Assembly: GCA_030704615.1 (NCBI GenBank)
Contig: CM060734.1
Location: 19,220,001-19,284,000, forward strand
Length of the DNA stretch: 64,000 bases
Reading direction: 5' to 3'
Source of the DNA: Takakia lepidozioides
Lineage: Eukaryota; Plantae; Bryophyta
This document shows, piece after piece, positions 12,321 through 33,339 of the stretch; the first letter of the stretch is position 1; each line of letters opens with the position of its first letter. A program made the translations under genes and the position numbers. The notes beneath the pieces were generated by a model, which made no database searches, was not told where the DNA came from, and worked only from the letters and a program-made list of their open reading frames with translations.

Positions 12321-12699
12321 CAGGGGAGGGCCGGCGTATGCAGCTCCCCATGACATTCATAGGAGGAGTTGCGGTTGCCCAGCGAGGCAAGATGCCAACA
12401 CTGGCAGCATTCACAGCTGCAGTGACTTGGCCTGGAGAGTTGTTGGATGGCAACACTCATTCACAGGATGTGTCACCTCCGGGAGAGCACGATGACATGT
12501 ATGGTATGGCGGAGTTGCCTGCCATGGTTGCTCACACTCCATTGTGGGGCTCGAGCAAGGATTTGCAGCGGGTTGCTGATTGTCGTGTGCAACAAGCCTG
12601 GGTAGAGGCTTTTGTACCGTCAGGAGAGGAGGACAGTGCAGGGATTGCACCAGGACCACCTCAGTTGTCACCATTGGACACCACACCGATCGTGTGGCA

Positions 12700-13589
12700 G
12701 TGTCCGAATGAAGGCATTTGCCTTCTGGACTTGTTTGGCGGGATCAGCACCGGGTTGGCTGCTGTTCTACAGGCAGGGTGTACGAGTACGACGTTACTTG
12801 TATGTGGAGAGGGTTGAGAGCGCACGACGCGTCTCACTCCGTCATGTTGCTCAGTTGGTGCAGCAGTACCCTGAGTTGTTGCCGGTGTCTACAGTTCGTG
12901 GATATAAGCAGGCCTTGCCAGCAGACATCTCTATGCTGGGGGCGCAGGATTTGGAGCGGGTTGGCTCCATTGATTTGGTAGTGGCAGGTTGGCCCTGCCA
13001 AGGGCATTCATCAGCCGGGCATGGCAATGGATTGCGAGACTTGAGCTCGGGTCTGTTTTGGGAGATGGTGCAAGTTTTGCAGCTTCAACAGGCTGTATCT
13101 CCAGTATACATCTTGGAGAATGTGCCACTGATGGGCGATTCTCGGGCCAGGGTGATGGCCAGTGTGCATCAACTCTGGTCATGGCTTGGGTCAGCAGTGT
13201 TGCTGGATGTAGCTGCAGTGGGGTCACGGGCTCATCGTCCACGGCTATGGTGGATTAACTTGATGCCACCCGCACTGCTCAAGCGTGCATTTGATGGGAT
13301 GCAGCGGCCAGCACACCTCACAGTTGATAGCATCTTGGACACGGGGAGGCAGTCTCAGGGTGTGAGACACGATGACCGTCCGCCTTTGGCAGTGGTCAAC
13401 AAGGTGGGTCGACCACAAGCAACACTACCTACACTGGTCAGCTTCCCAGGATCACATGCTTTCCAAGATAGTGGACCTGGCCTCCTGTGGGATGCTCAGT
13501 TGCAGCAGTTAGTGGAGTCTAATGCCGACGAGCGAGAGCGGGCTATGGGTATTTCCACTTGGACCACGGCGTTGCTTTCTTTTTCTGAG
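12700..13589 (+). pseudogene. C5 cytosine DNA methyltransferase domain inside retrotransposon pol (1-nt frameshift at ~12778; motif X deleted)
   Basis: Motif I LLDLFGG (12722-12742), II YLYVE, III ADI, IV IDLVVAGWPCQG (Cys at 12996-12998), VI YILENV (13116-13124), VIII AHRPRLWW (13236-13244), IX ERERAMG. Confidence 0.93.
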
Positions 13590-15839
13590 CCGCTTGAGAG
13601 CGCACAGATTGAAATTACATCCAGGGAAGTGCAAGTTCTTCCACAACCAGATTGAGTATCTGGGCCACATAATATATCCTGGAGGATTGGGGGTGCAACA
13701 GACTAAGGTAGAGGCCATCGCACAGATTCCACGTCCCATGGATGTGAGCCGAGTTCGAGCTTTCATGGGGTTGGCAAACTACTATAGATGGTTTGTCAAG
13801 GGATTTAGTGCTATTGCAAAGGCTCTAACAAAGTTGACCAAGGTAGACCAGGAGTGGCAGTGGGAAGATGAGCAAGAGCGAGCTTTTCAGGAGCTCAAGA
13901 CGAGGTTGACCTCGGCGCCGATCTTGAGACGACCTATCGGGGGCGTCCCTTTCAGGTGCATACAGATTGGAGCATGCTGGGGCTTGGAGCGGTGCTCACA
14001 CAGGTGGATGATGAGGGAAGAGAGTTTGTAGTGGCTTATGCTAGCCGCTCAAACAACGCTGCAAAGTCTAAGTATAGCTCATATGAGGGGGAGTGCTTAG
14101 CTGTAGTGTGGGCCATGACACACTTCAGGTGCTATCTATACGACAATCTCTTCACCCTTGTCAAGGATCACCAGCCACTCAAGTGGTTGATGGAGTCAGA
14201 CAAGCTTACGGGGAAGCTAGCACGGTGGGCACTTATACTCCAAGAGTATGACTTCCAGGTTGTGCATCGACCGGGTTTGGTCAATAGGGATGCAGATGGA
14301 TTGAGTCGCAATCCATGCACGAGCCAGCAGGATGACACCGGAGCTCGGTGGCATGGTGAGACGGACGAGGAGATGGTGCCGGGATGGCATGCATTTGCCT
14401 TTTTGTGTATCTTGGCATCAGGAGGTCAGATTGGACCTACAACAGGGATGACTGTAGATGGAGTGTCTGAGGACCCTGAGGCTAGTGATGAGCTAGGTGG
14501 TGCCAGAAATATACATGAGAATTCGGTTGTGTTGGACTACCTCCGCACTGGAGACACAGCAGCTAGTGTGACTGCCAATGAGAGGGATCGGATCCTGCAA
14601 CGAGCCAAGAGGTTCAAGTGGGAGGGGATACACCTGCTTCGAGTGTGGGAGGATGGTCGGGTGAGGATCGTGCCTCACCCAACACAACGTGCACGGTTAG
14701 TGCGGCATGCCCATGAGGAGTTGGAACATTTTGGAGTGCGACGCACTCATAGTTTACTGCAGAGGCAGTATTGGTGGCGTGGTATGCACACAGAGGTGCA
14801 ATAGTTTGTGGCTAGGTGCATGGTGTGTGACAAGGTGCGTGCTTCATTCAACGCCTCTACATCACAATTGCATCCATTACCCATCATGGGATTGGGCTAC
14901 AGGTGGAGTCTTGACTTCGCAGGGCCATTGCCACTAACGATGCGTCACCACAGATATGTGTTGGTGATGGTGGAGCACTTCTCCAAGTGGATTGAGTTGG
15001 TTCCATTGCCTGACAAGGCTAGTGAGGGGGCTGCGTATGCATTCCTGGATCGTGTGCTTAGCCGATTTGGTGCTCCAGCTGAGGTACTCACGGACCAATG
15101 AAGAGAGTTCTTGGGGGAGTTTCAGGCTTTGTGTGATAAAGCCTTAATAGACCACCGTACAACTTCTCGAGATCATCCCGAGGCTGATGGCTTAGGAGAG
15201 AGAGTGGTTCAGATAGTGAAGAGGGGTTTGCGCAAGTATGGCTTGCGAAAATGACACCTAGGAGATTGAGATCTTCAGGTACCTTGGCTAGCCATGGGCT
15301 ATAGGTTTAGCAAGCAAGCATCAATTGCCTCCTTCTCACCATATTTCCTTCTCTTTGGCCGAGAGCCAGATTTGTCTGCGTCTATTCGCAGGGAGGCTGC
15401 AGTAGTCCTCAACCTTGATGATCCGGATGTGTGGACACAAGCATGTGCCCAGGGGGTAGAGTTGTTCCAGAGAGTCATGTCTATGGCTTTTGAGAATCTT
15501 GCTATTGCCCAACACCAAGACACATTGAGGTATGCCACTATACATGGAGGGGGATATCGGCCAGGTGTTCGGCGTTTCCACCCTGGGGACTATATGTATC
15601 TGCAGCAGACAACGCCTACGACCTTGGATGTCACAGCAAGACGTGTGATTCTAAAGATCAGGGAGGTGTTGCCTTCAGGAGTGTTGATTCTGGAGGGTCG
15701 AGATAGCATGGTATGGAAGGACCATGTGCGTAATTGTGCGCTATGTTACCTTCCACATGTGGATGGGAGGATAGATCCCAACCTTGCAGTGGTACATGCA
15801 GGATTGCGTTGCATGCTATGTGGGCATGCTGGGTATTGA
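13590..15839 (+). pseudogene. Family B pol: RT C-terminal part, RNase H, integrase (stops and frameshifts)
   Basis: KLHPGKCKFF..IEYLGH; HTDWS, YSSYEGECLA, DHQPLKWL; HAHEELEHFG..CMVC; WSLDFAGP, VLTDQ; stops at 14802, 15099, ~15252 and ~15267. Confidence 0.93.
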
Positions 15840-16183
15840 CTCCTATGAGCTTGGCCTCCCATGTCTTGTGAGCTGCCACTAGTCATATCCACTGCCACTA
15901 TCCCAAGCAGTGTGGACATAACCAATCTCCATCAAGAACCCTCTCAAGAGGTGGTGTCAAGCATCCCATGTGCCAACCTCTTAAGCATCGATCACACACC
16001 AGTATAATTCACAGGTTGCAAGACGGCGACTAACGATGGGGCAACTCTTGTACCCGGCCTCTTGATCTATTGAGTTTGAGTGTAGTAGGGACAGTGGTGG
16101 AGGACTTAGTGAGGCTATAGCCACTATCACATCTTGTGGCTACCTGGACTTAGAGGGACCTAAGCGCCAGCTAGGGGGGCGAT

Positions 16184-16722
16184 TGTGATGGACTAGTGGC
16201 AGCCTAGCGATGGACTAGTAGTAGCTAGTGTCAGCCTAGTGGTGGACTAGTGGCTGCACTAGTGGTGGACTAGTGGTTGTACTAGTGGCAGGACTAGCGG
16301 TGCACTAGTGGTAAACTAGTGATAGACTAATGTTTGGTGTGCACATGTGTTGTGTGGTTTTGGACAGCGATGTAGTTGTGTAGCGATATGTATGCGCACA
16401 ACAGCTGTCAAGTTATTTTACCACTAGTGTGAAGTTAGCTAGAAAATAGCTAGCTTTCATATATTGACATTTGGGATTGATCCAAGTGTCAATCCAGGGG
16501 CCAATACATGTTTGGGCACCTGGCGTGGTTATCTTCACGGCAGATCGCGGTGGGCTCATCTTTCTCGAGTTGAGCCTCACCACGTCTAGCTATGGCGCCG
16601 TAGTGTGGATTCCCCATGGCGTGGGGTGCAGTTGGCTCGACTTTATATTTGAGTGATGTTTTCATGTGCAAGTGTGTGGGTTTGAGAGAGCTTGTATGCT
16701 TGTATCATTCCTTTCCTTATCA
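16184..16722 (+). repeat. 3' LTR of family B containing an ACTAGT-rich array
   Basis: TG(TGATG)...TTATCA after the PPT; 16406-16722 aligns with 59185-59511. Confidence 0.8.
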
Positions 16723-16723
16723 T

Positions 16724-16910
16724 TGTGATGGACTAGTGGCTGCACTAGTGGTGGCTAGTGGCAGCCTAGTGTTGGACTAGTGGTTGCACTAGTGGCAGGA
16801 CTAGCGGTGCACTAGTGGTAAACTAGTGATAGACTAGTGTTTGGTGTGCACATGTGTTGTGTGGTTTTGGACAACAATGTAGTTGTGTAGCGATATGTAT
16901 GTGCACGACA
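16724..16910 (+). repeat. Second copy of the LTR 5' part (ACTAGT array)
   Basis: Direct repeat of ~16184-16402. Confidence 0.85.
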
Positions 16911-16917
16911 AACCGGT

Positions 16918-17017
16918 CCGAGACTGGAGGACAATGATAGACATAGAAAGACAGTCCTGTCGAAGGGCCGAGACTCGAGGACGATGATAGACATAGATAA
17001 ACAGTCCTGTCGAAGGG
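16918..17017. repeat. 2 x 50-bp tandem repeat
   Basis: ccgagact.gaggac.atgatagacataga...cagtcctgtcgaaggg occurs twice. Confidence 0.9.
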
Positions 17018-17506
17018 CTGATGCATTGGAGCCGAACTGTTCGAATGAATTGGCTTCTATAGAGACTATGTTCAGTATTGGTTTGCGTCGAAGACTATGG
17101 TTTTGGGTCCTATGGGATGGTGATGGTTGATAAGTGCCCATAGCCAGGGATCTCAATGGCTATACAAATTTGGTTTGGTGATGCTCAAATAAATTACTCT
17201 AGACATTTTGGGATGTATCTCGACGGGATGTCTTTCTATCTTACTATGTTCTAATCATAGATCGGGAGATCTCCCTTGCCTCAGTGGAGATGTCGAACTT
17301 GGGACAACAGTCATAATTCTCCTGTACTTCTGGAGTGACAATGTTTGGCAATTTTTTGTAGGCTAATATTAAAAAAATGAAACAACTGTGATTGACAGGA
17401 GGTCTCCCGTGCTGCCCGTGAAACTATAGAAAACTAGGATTTCAACTCATATTGCCATGACCAACATATTCTCACCATCGAGCAAGAGGAACACTTTGCT
17501 CAAGTA

Positions 17507-18965
17507 TTGGCCGAGATCCAGGTGGGTGATATAACTCAGGTTCAATTAGCTAAGTTACATGCTTTGATTCAAAGAAACTTGTCTGTGTTCAGTAAAGGAT
17601 CTCATGATCTTGGTCGGACCAGTATCTTGAATCATGAGATTGTCACTGATGGGAATCCAGTCAAACAATATGCCTACCGCGAGTCCGTTCGTGAGAGAGC
17701 AATGGTTCAGGAAGAAATTAAGAAAATGTTGAATGTTGGTGTCATTCGCCCTTCTGTGTCACCTTGGGCTAGTCCTATTGTGTTGGTCGCCAAAAAGGAT
17801 GGTTCCACCAGGTTTTGTGTTGACTTCAGACGGCTCAATTCCATGACTAAAAAGGATGTTAATCCTTTGCCTAGAATTAACGAGACCTTGGATCAGCTTA
17901 GTGAGCCACCATTTTCTCTTCCCTTGACCTAGCTTCTGGCTTTTGGCAAGTCCCTTTGACAGAAGCATCTAAAGAGAAAACGGCCTTTACATGCAGATAT
18001 GGCATGTATCAATACGAAACCATGCCATTTAATCTCTGTAACGCCACAACAACATTCCAAAGGCTTATGGATGTGGTGCTTGGCAATCTGAGATGGGAAT
18101 GTGCGTTAGTCTACATTGATGACATAAATGTTTATTCTGCTAATTTCGATTCTCACCTCATTGACCTGCAGCGCGTTTTGTGTCGTCTGAGAGCTGCAGG
18201 CCTCAAGGTTAAGGCCAAAAAGTGCGATTTCTGCATGGCAGAACTTAAATTTCTTGGTCACATCCTCAATGGGGAAGGCATCAAACTTGATGTTAGCAAA
18301 ATCCAGGCAGTATGGGACTTCCCTCTTCCTCGTGACAAACATTGTGTCCGGGCCTTTCTTGGTCTTGCCTCCTATTATAGACGCTTTATCTTACATTTTG
18401 CTAACATGGCCGGTCCCTTGTTCAGACTTCTATGCAAGGATGTTCGCTTTCATTGGGGCATACCTGAGACCAAGGCCTTTGAACAGCTGAAGATAGCCCT
18501 CACAACTGCTCCAGTGCTGGTTTTTCCAGACTTCTCCCTTCCCTTTCTTTTACAAACAGATGCGAGTGACATGGCTATTTCTGCAATTCTTAGCCAAGTT
18601 CGGGATGGTAGATAACATGTCGTGGCTTACACATCTAGGCGACTTGATAAACATGAAAAAAATTATAGTATCACTGACAAGGAGGGGTTAGCTGTCATTT
18701 TTGGGGTGAAACACTTCAGGCAGTACCTGCATGGTTGTTATTTCACAGTGGAGACCGATCATCTCCCTCTCAAGGCCCTTAAAACTCCTCGTGAATTATC
18801 TGGCAAGCTTGCTAGATGGTCGTTGCTTCTACAAGGTTTTGAATATGATATAGTTTACAAGAAGGGGAAAGAAAACGGCAATGCTGATGCACTTACCAGG
18901 GGCGAGACCAAGACCCTTGTTCCTTACACGACTCTGGATGATTTGGCTCGCATGCAGCATCCTGA
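17507..18965 (+). pseudogene. Ty3/Gypsy pol fragment (RT and RNase H), third family
   Basis: SPWASPIVLVAKKDGSTRFCVDFRRLN; VYIDD; LQTDAS; NYSITDKEGLA; frameshift at ~17900 and stop at 18613. Confidence 0.93.
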
Positions 18966-19317
18966 TCGTTCGTTGCCTGATTTACACCTACATGCATCTT
19001 TTTTCCACCACCCGCACGACCATCTTTCATGCACTGTGGATATAGGCTCACAACGACAGATAATACCTGTACTTGTGTATGAAACATGGAGTCCACTTCC
19101 GGATGATACCTCTGTTCCGATGTAGGCTACAATTGACAGAGTACACCTCCGTTACTATGTATGAAAAAGGGTTCCCATTGTTGGGCGATACCTCTATACC
19201 GATGTAGGCTGTGACGGGCATACTATACATCTATTGGTGTATGCAACAGGGATTATATTTTTAGGTGATGGGCTTCATCATGCTCAGTTTGCTCGTTCGC
19301 AGCGTACTAGACTACTA

Positions 19318-21215
19318 CTAGATATTTTCATTCTTTTTGTCTGCGTCGTTCGCAGCGTACATATTTTCTTTCACTTTCTGTGCCTCCATCTTTCCAATAC
19401 GTTTGCAGCTTGACTTGGAGGTATTCTTATGAGGACGCATCGTCCACAAAACGTTGTTCGTGTGAATCCAGGTTGGTGGATCAGAAGGGTTGAACTCCCA
19501 AACTTTACTCCAACAATTTCTATATCTCTCCACATCGTCGGTTGTACTACCTTTAGGTCTCCACCACTCCACATGGACCTTGCGATACTGAGGACTCGAC
19601 TTGTCCCGAATGACCTCTGAAATTGCCACACCCATCTAGACTGGATATGTCTCAGTGTCTGCTGGCCGAACAAGAACGAAATTTCCAACCTCAACGTCCT
19701 GAAGGGGTTCATTGGCTCCTTAGGCTTTTGGCTCCTTGGTCCACAATATGGATCCATCTGATTCACATCCTCTTCCTCTTCCGCCTCTTCATCATTTTCA
19801 ACCCTAATCCCATCTCTTTCATGAGTTTCCTTCCAACAGGTCGAAGGCCAGAACCCTTCCTGAAGCTTGTCATTGGGAGGTGCAAAGATTTGTCAAGTTC
19901 TACTAGAATATCCTTCCAGTATTCATCAAAGTTCTTCATGATGGCTCCATAGTTGCTGTCCAGCTCCATTCCACGTTTCCAAAATTCACGATACTTAGAT
20001 ATACCATTTAGAATATGGACATTTTTCTCAGACTCCCCTTCACTCTTACCTTCCCAAATAGGCTTAAGCAGAACAGGGTCTGGGTCCCCCTTTGGGAGAA
20101 GGGGAGACCTCCCGTCCTCCGCCACCTTCCACATTTTCACAGCCAGTCAGCGTCGGTACCCGATTTCTTGTATTTCATCACTGGCCATCTCTCACCATCT
20201 ACATAAAATAAAAAAATATGCATATCTGTCTGTCCGATCAGCCGGTCGTTCCCGTCAATTATATACCCGTCCACATACTTCTTGAAATCTAGAACCTCTT
20301 GTATCAACTAAGGAATGAATGAGAGCTTTTGAGACTCCATAAACAGGTGCATGAGATCCGCCATGATATAGATATTATTCTGTTCCAGCTTCTTCGAGAG
20401 ATAACTAAAGTATGCATCAATGTCCTCGTGGGTATGACCTACCATCAAGAATCCAAGCTGGATCTCTTCAAAAACCCCTCTCGATGTCAGAAGCGACAGA
20501 AATACCAACATCCATCGATTCTTGTTGTCCTTTACGCAGTTGTCCATTTGTAGATAGAGTTGACGTGGTGATGGGTTTGGTCTATCTTGTCCTTCAACAG
20601 TAAAGGGCTTGAGAGCTCTTTCACACCTCAATTTTCCCCTCATCAGGGTTTCAAAAAAGGAGTTTTGCATTGGTGAATCGAAAAAAATTCTTGTTTCATG
20701 GCAAGGTGCTTTCTCAAGTTGTCGAAGACAACGAGCCAACGAGCCGATCGTAAAGTTGGGATCATTCGACAAGAATTCGTTGGAGAACTGAGCATAGGCA
20801 CCATCACCATGTCCGTGGGTCACCATGCCTGTCAGTGATATCGGCAGCTGCCCTAGATCAGATATCATCTTGTTTGTTACCTGTAACCTTGGCAACGCAG
20901 TCTTTGAATGGTCCATCTTATCGTGAATAATACAGAGAAATTCCGACCCCATCATCGTTGACTCATTCCTCCAACTGTGATAGAGCCTTCGACACGACTC
21001 TTGATGCTTCAGGTGTCTCTCCAGTTTTTTCTTATGTTTTTTCTGCTCCTCAGTTCGGTTGACTGATTTGTGGATTAAGTCTTTAAAGATCTTGCAATCC
21101 GTGCACTTCGCAAACTTACCACCTGCCTTCCAAATCTCCACGTTCGCAAAGATCTTTGTTTTAATCCGGCTAATGGCCGACTTCGACGACGATTTAAGAC
21201 CTAGAAGTCTGTTCG
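19318..21215 (-). mobile_element. Sola-like DDE DNA-transposon transposase remnant, copy 1
   Basis: FAKCTDC; IIHDKMD; LYLQMDNCVKDNKNR; FLMVGHTHEDIDA; fragmented C-terminal ORFs. Family assigned from motif recall; termini not found. Confidence 0.72.
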
Positions 21216-21397
21216 CCTAAAACCACAGCAAACTGGACATAAATAAAAAGAAAACGTGTCCATTACAAGAAATGATGCCATGAATGAGGACGGGAGGTCT
21301 CCTGTCCTCTTTGGTATGACTCTTACCTAGAAGTCTGTTCGCCTGAAACAACAGCAAACTGGACATAAATAAAAAGAAAAAGTGTCCATTAAAAGAC
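21198..21397. repeat. ~72-bp direct repeat, two copies about 127 bp apart
   Basis: acctagaagtctgttcgcct...ggacataaataaaaagaaaa..gtgtccatta occurs twice. Confidence 0.85.
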
Positions 21398-24100
21398 ATG
21401 ATGCTATGAGACTTTTGTCACAATACATCTAGCACAATGAAATATCAAACAGAAATGTAACATCAGAAATTAATGTATCTCATTCGATTGTTTATTCACT
21501 TCATTCCAATTCATATCAACGGGTAGGACCTTCAGAACATCTTGTTGTCCTCCTCCAATACCCTTCGTGTTGTCTGCTGACCAGAGTCTTGTGAACTCGT
21601 CTGAGCAGACTTGTGTGTAGTCTCTTGGGCAGAGTATTGTGGAGTCTGTTGGAAGGGATTCTCAGCCGCAGGAGCAGACTCATGGGCAGTCTTGCGGGTA
21701 CTCTGTTGGGCGTGGGAGGAGTCATCTGCAGTCTCCGGGGCAATGTCGTTGGCAGACTCCGGAATAATGCCATCTGCACCCAATATCCACTGCACTGGAC
21801 AGTGGACCTTGCCATTTGAAGTCATTATTTCAGATGATGTTGTCGGTACGCTCGGCAGACCGACGGGGCAGAACATCGGCAGACTCAGACTCACTGGAGG
21901 AACTGATAGGTATAGTCTGCCGGGACTTTCTAGTCTGGCGCGCATCGGGCGGGACTCCCATGTAGGCCCGCAATGCTTGCATCCCGAGCAGAGCTTGCCT
22001 GACGCGCTTCGGACGGACCCCCCCTACAAGACTGACATGTTTTGCATCGTGAGCAGACCTTGCCGCTTTCGCTCCCGCTTTTTTTTTTGCCCCATCATTG
22101 AGTTTTCAGTTGCGGGGATGCACAGGCACTTCCTCCAGACTGCACAGTTGCATCCTTCCGCACTTCTCCCTTTTTGTTGGGCCCTCTGCCTTTCTCTGTT
22201 GTGTTGTATAGGCGAGGAAGCCTGCGCGAAGGGCAGACCCGACTGGATTGATTTTGTGCATGGCACGCGTTTGAAGAAGCTGCGAAGATATTGGTACTCC
22301 CCAAAGGAGTACGATCACAAAATAGTGGAAGCACGTATTGATCTCTGTGTAGCCAAGGAGGAGAACCCAGAATGGAAGAAGGATAGGCTCAGGTGTCCTT
22401 TCTGTGAGGAAGCCATAAAGGACAAAATCCAGTTGAACCGCCATTGTGTGGACATAGGTTGCAAGGGCACCATTCTACCGAATTTCAAGTCGTGGCCCAT
22501 ACCGGTATCGCACAAAGCTAACGAAGCAACAAACATATGGGTATCCAGGCCGACAACTATTGGCTGTCGAACCCGACTCTTTTACAAGAAGACCCATACT
22601 GCAGATGTGAGATAGTTCAGGAGTCTCAGGCTAACACAGCCCAGCAGACACAATTGACAGACTGACGATAACTCTGCCCAAGACACACATAACAGTTAAT
22701 GGCTGGATATGGAATCTGCAATGTTTTTATACCCCCTCATGTGCATATGCTCCGGCGATTTTCGCTATCATCTTGCCCATGGTTACCGTTCCAGACTGAG
22801 GAGGTGATCTGACAGACGGATGCGGCTACCTCAACATGAATAATTATAAAATTGAACGACACCATATCCCAAATATAAACTAAGGTCGTCTTTAGGCAGG
22901 CTTGTAATCGGTCCGCCCATTGGAATAAACCCTATCAACACATTGGCCATTTTGCAATGACCGGACAGAGGCCAAACCAAGTGGGCAAAACGCATTACAT
23001 GTACAATGAAATCGCAAAAACGGCCCCGCCAGCAACAAAAAAATGATGAAAATAGTGGAAGCATATGCACGATGGTGGCTGTAGGGCTCCGACTCCTCTC
23101 CTGCCCTTCCATATCATGACAAAATGTCACGAAAACACAAAGACACGAACACTGTGCCAGGCAACGCCTACAGCGGGCACGCACCGCAGTTTCGTATAAC
23201 AAAGACCGACATCCTGATGGCCATGGCGAGATAAGGCCCTAAATTTGGAGGGCTGCGATGGGATTCGTCCTGGACGGCCCAGATCTTGCGCGAGGGCGGA
23301 CTACCGGGAGCGGACCTGCCGCAACGGACTAGCCCCAACGGACTAGCTGCAGCGAACAGGCCGCAGCGGAGCGGCCGTGGACGGACCCCGGGCAGGGCAG
23401 CCGCGGCTTGTGCAACCGCGACAGCAGTGGTAGGCGGGTGGGCGCGGGTGGGATGTGGGGGGGGTCGTCGAGACGACGGGCCCACCGTCCTTCTCGCACG
23501 CTTGCATTCATGACCCTATTATTGTAAAATGAGAGGCGAAAAATAACCTCTTTCAGTGCTCTCCTGATACCCGTCATAAAAACCTATTTACTATATGTGT
23601 GTTTAGAAAACAACGAGCCTGATTTTTCATGCCATGCGGGTTCGAACATGGGATCGGGATGGGTGTGGCCACAGAAACCCAAAGCAGCTGTGGACTGTTG
23701 TGGTGCTGTGCCCGTGCACCGGTAGTTTGAATGGATGACAACATATGTTCATCCTTCCCGCGTAAGGTGCAGGGTTTATAGGAATTAGGGCTTATAGCTA
23801 CAACCAACGGTCTGTTCCTTTAATGCCATTGGTCTGACCAAAAGCAGTTCTGATGACCGGTTTAAAGCCAATGACAGTGCGCCACGTCAGGTTTGTTGGC
23901 GAGAAAATATACAACGGTTGCTAGGGCAGCGTGACTGCGAAGCTGCGCTTTCCTATCCGTGCGAAGCTGTGTGCGATCGTTGTGCAGGCCGATAACTGCT
24001 CCCACCGTCACATAATCGGAGCTTGTCATCGTCTCCTGCTTGTCTATCGGTCCTAGAGGTGGGAGACAAACCTCTTGCTTCTCTCCCAGGTGGTGACAAA

Positions 24101-33339
<9,239 letters not shown>

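Larger units (their letters stand above)
10959..16722 (+). mobile_element. Ty3/Gypsy family B (DNA-methyltransferase-bearing), 3' part: gag tail, PR, DNMT, RT remnant, RH, INT, PPT, 3' LTR
   Basis: 10959-11001 matches the gag at 63958-64000; domain motifs in order; purine tract ctaggggggcga at 16171-16182; LTR similar to 59180-59511. Confidence 0.92.

Noticed and set aside
14802-15270. Idea that stops in family B reflect self-methylation or RIP-like C-to-T mutation
   Set aside because: Only two of four stops fit transitions (CAG>TAG, TGG>TGA); two look like GGA>TGA. No statistical support without a consensus.
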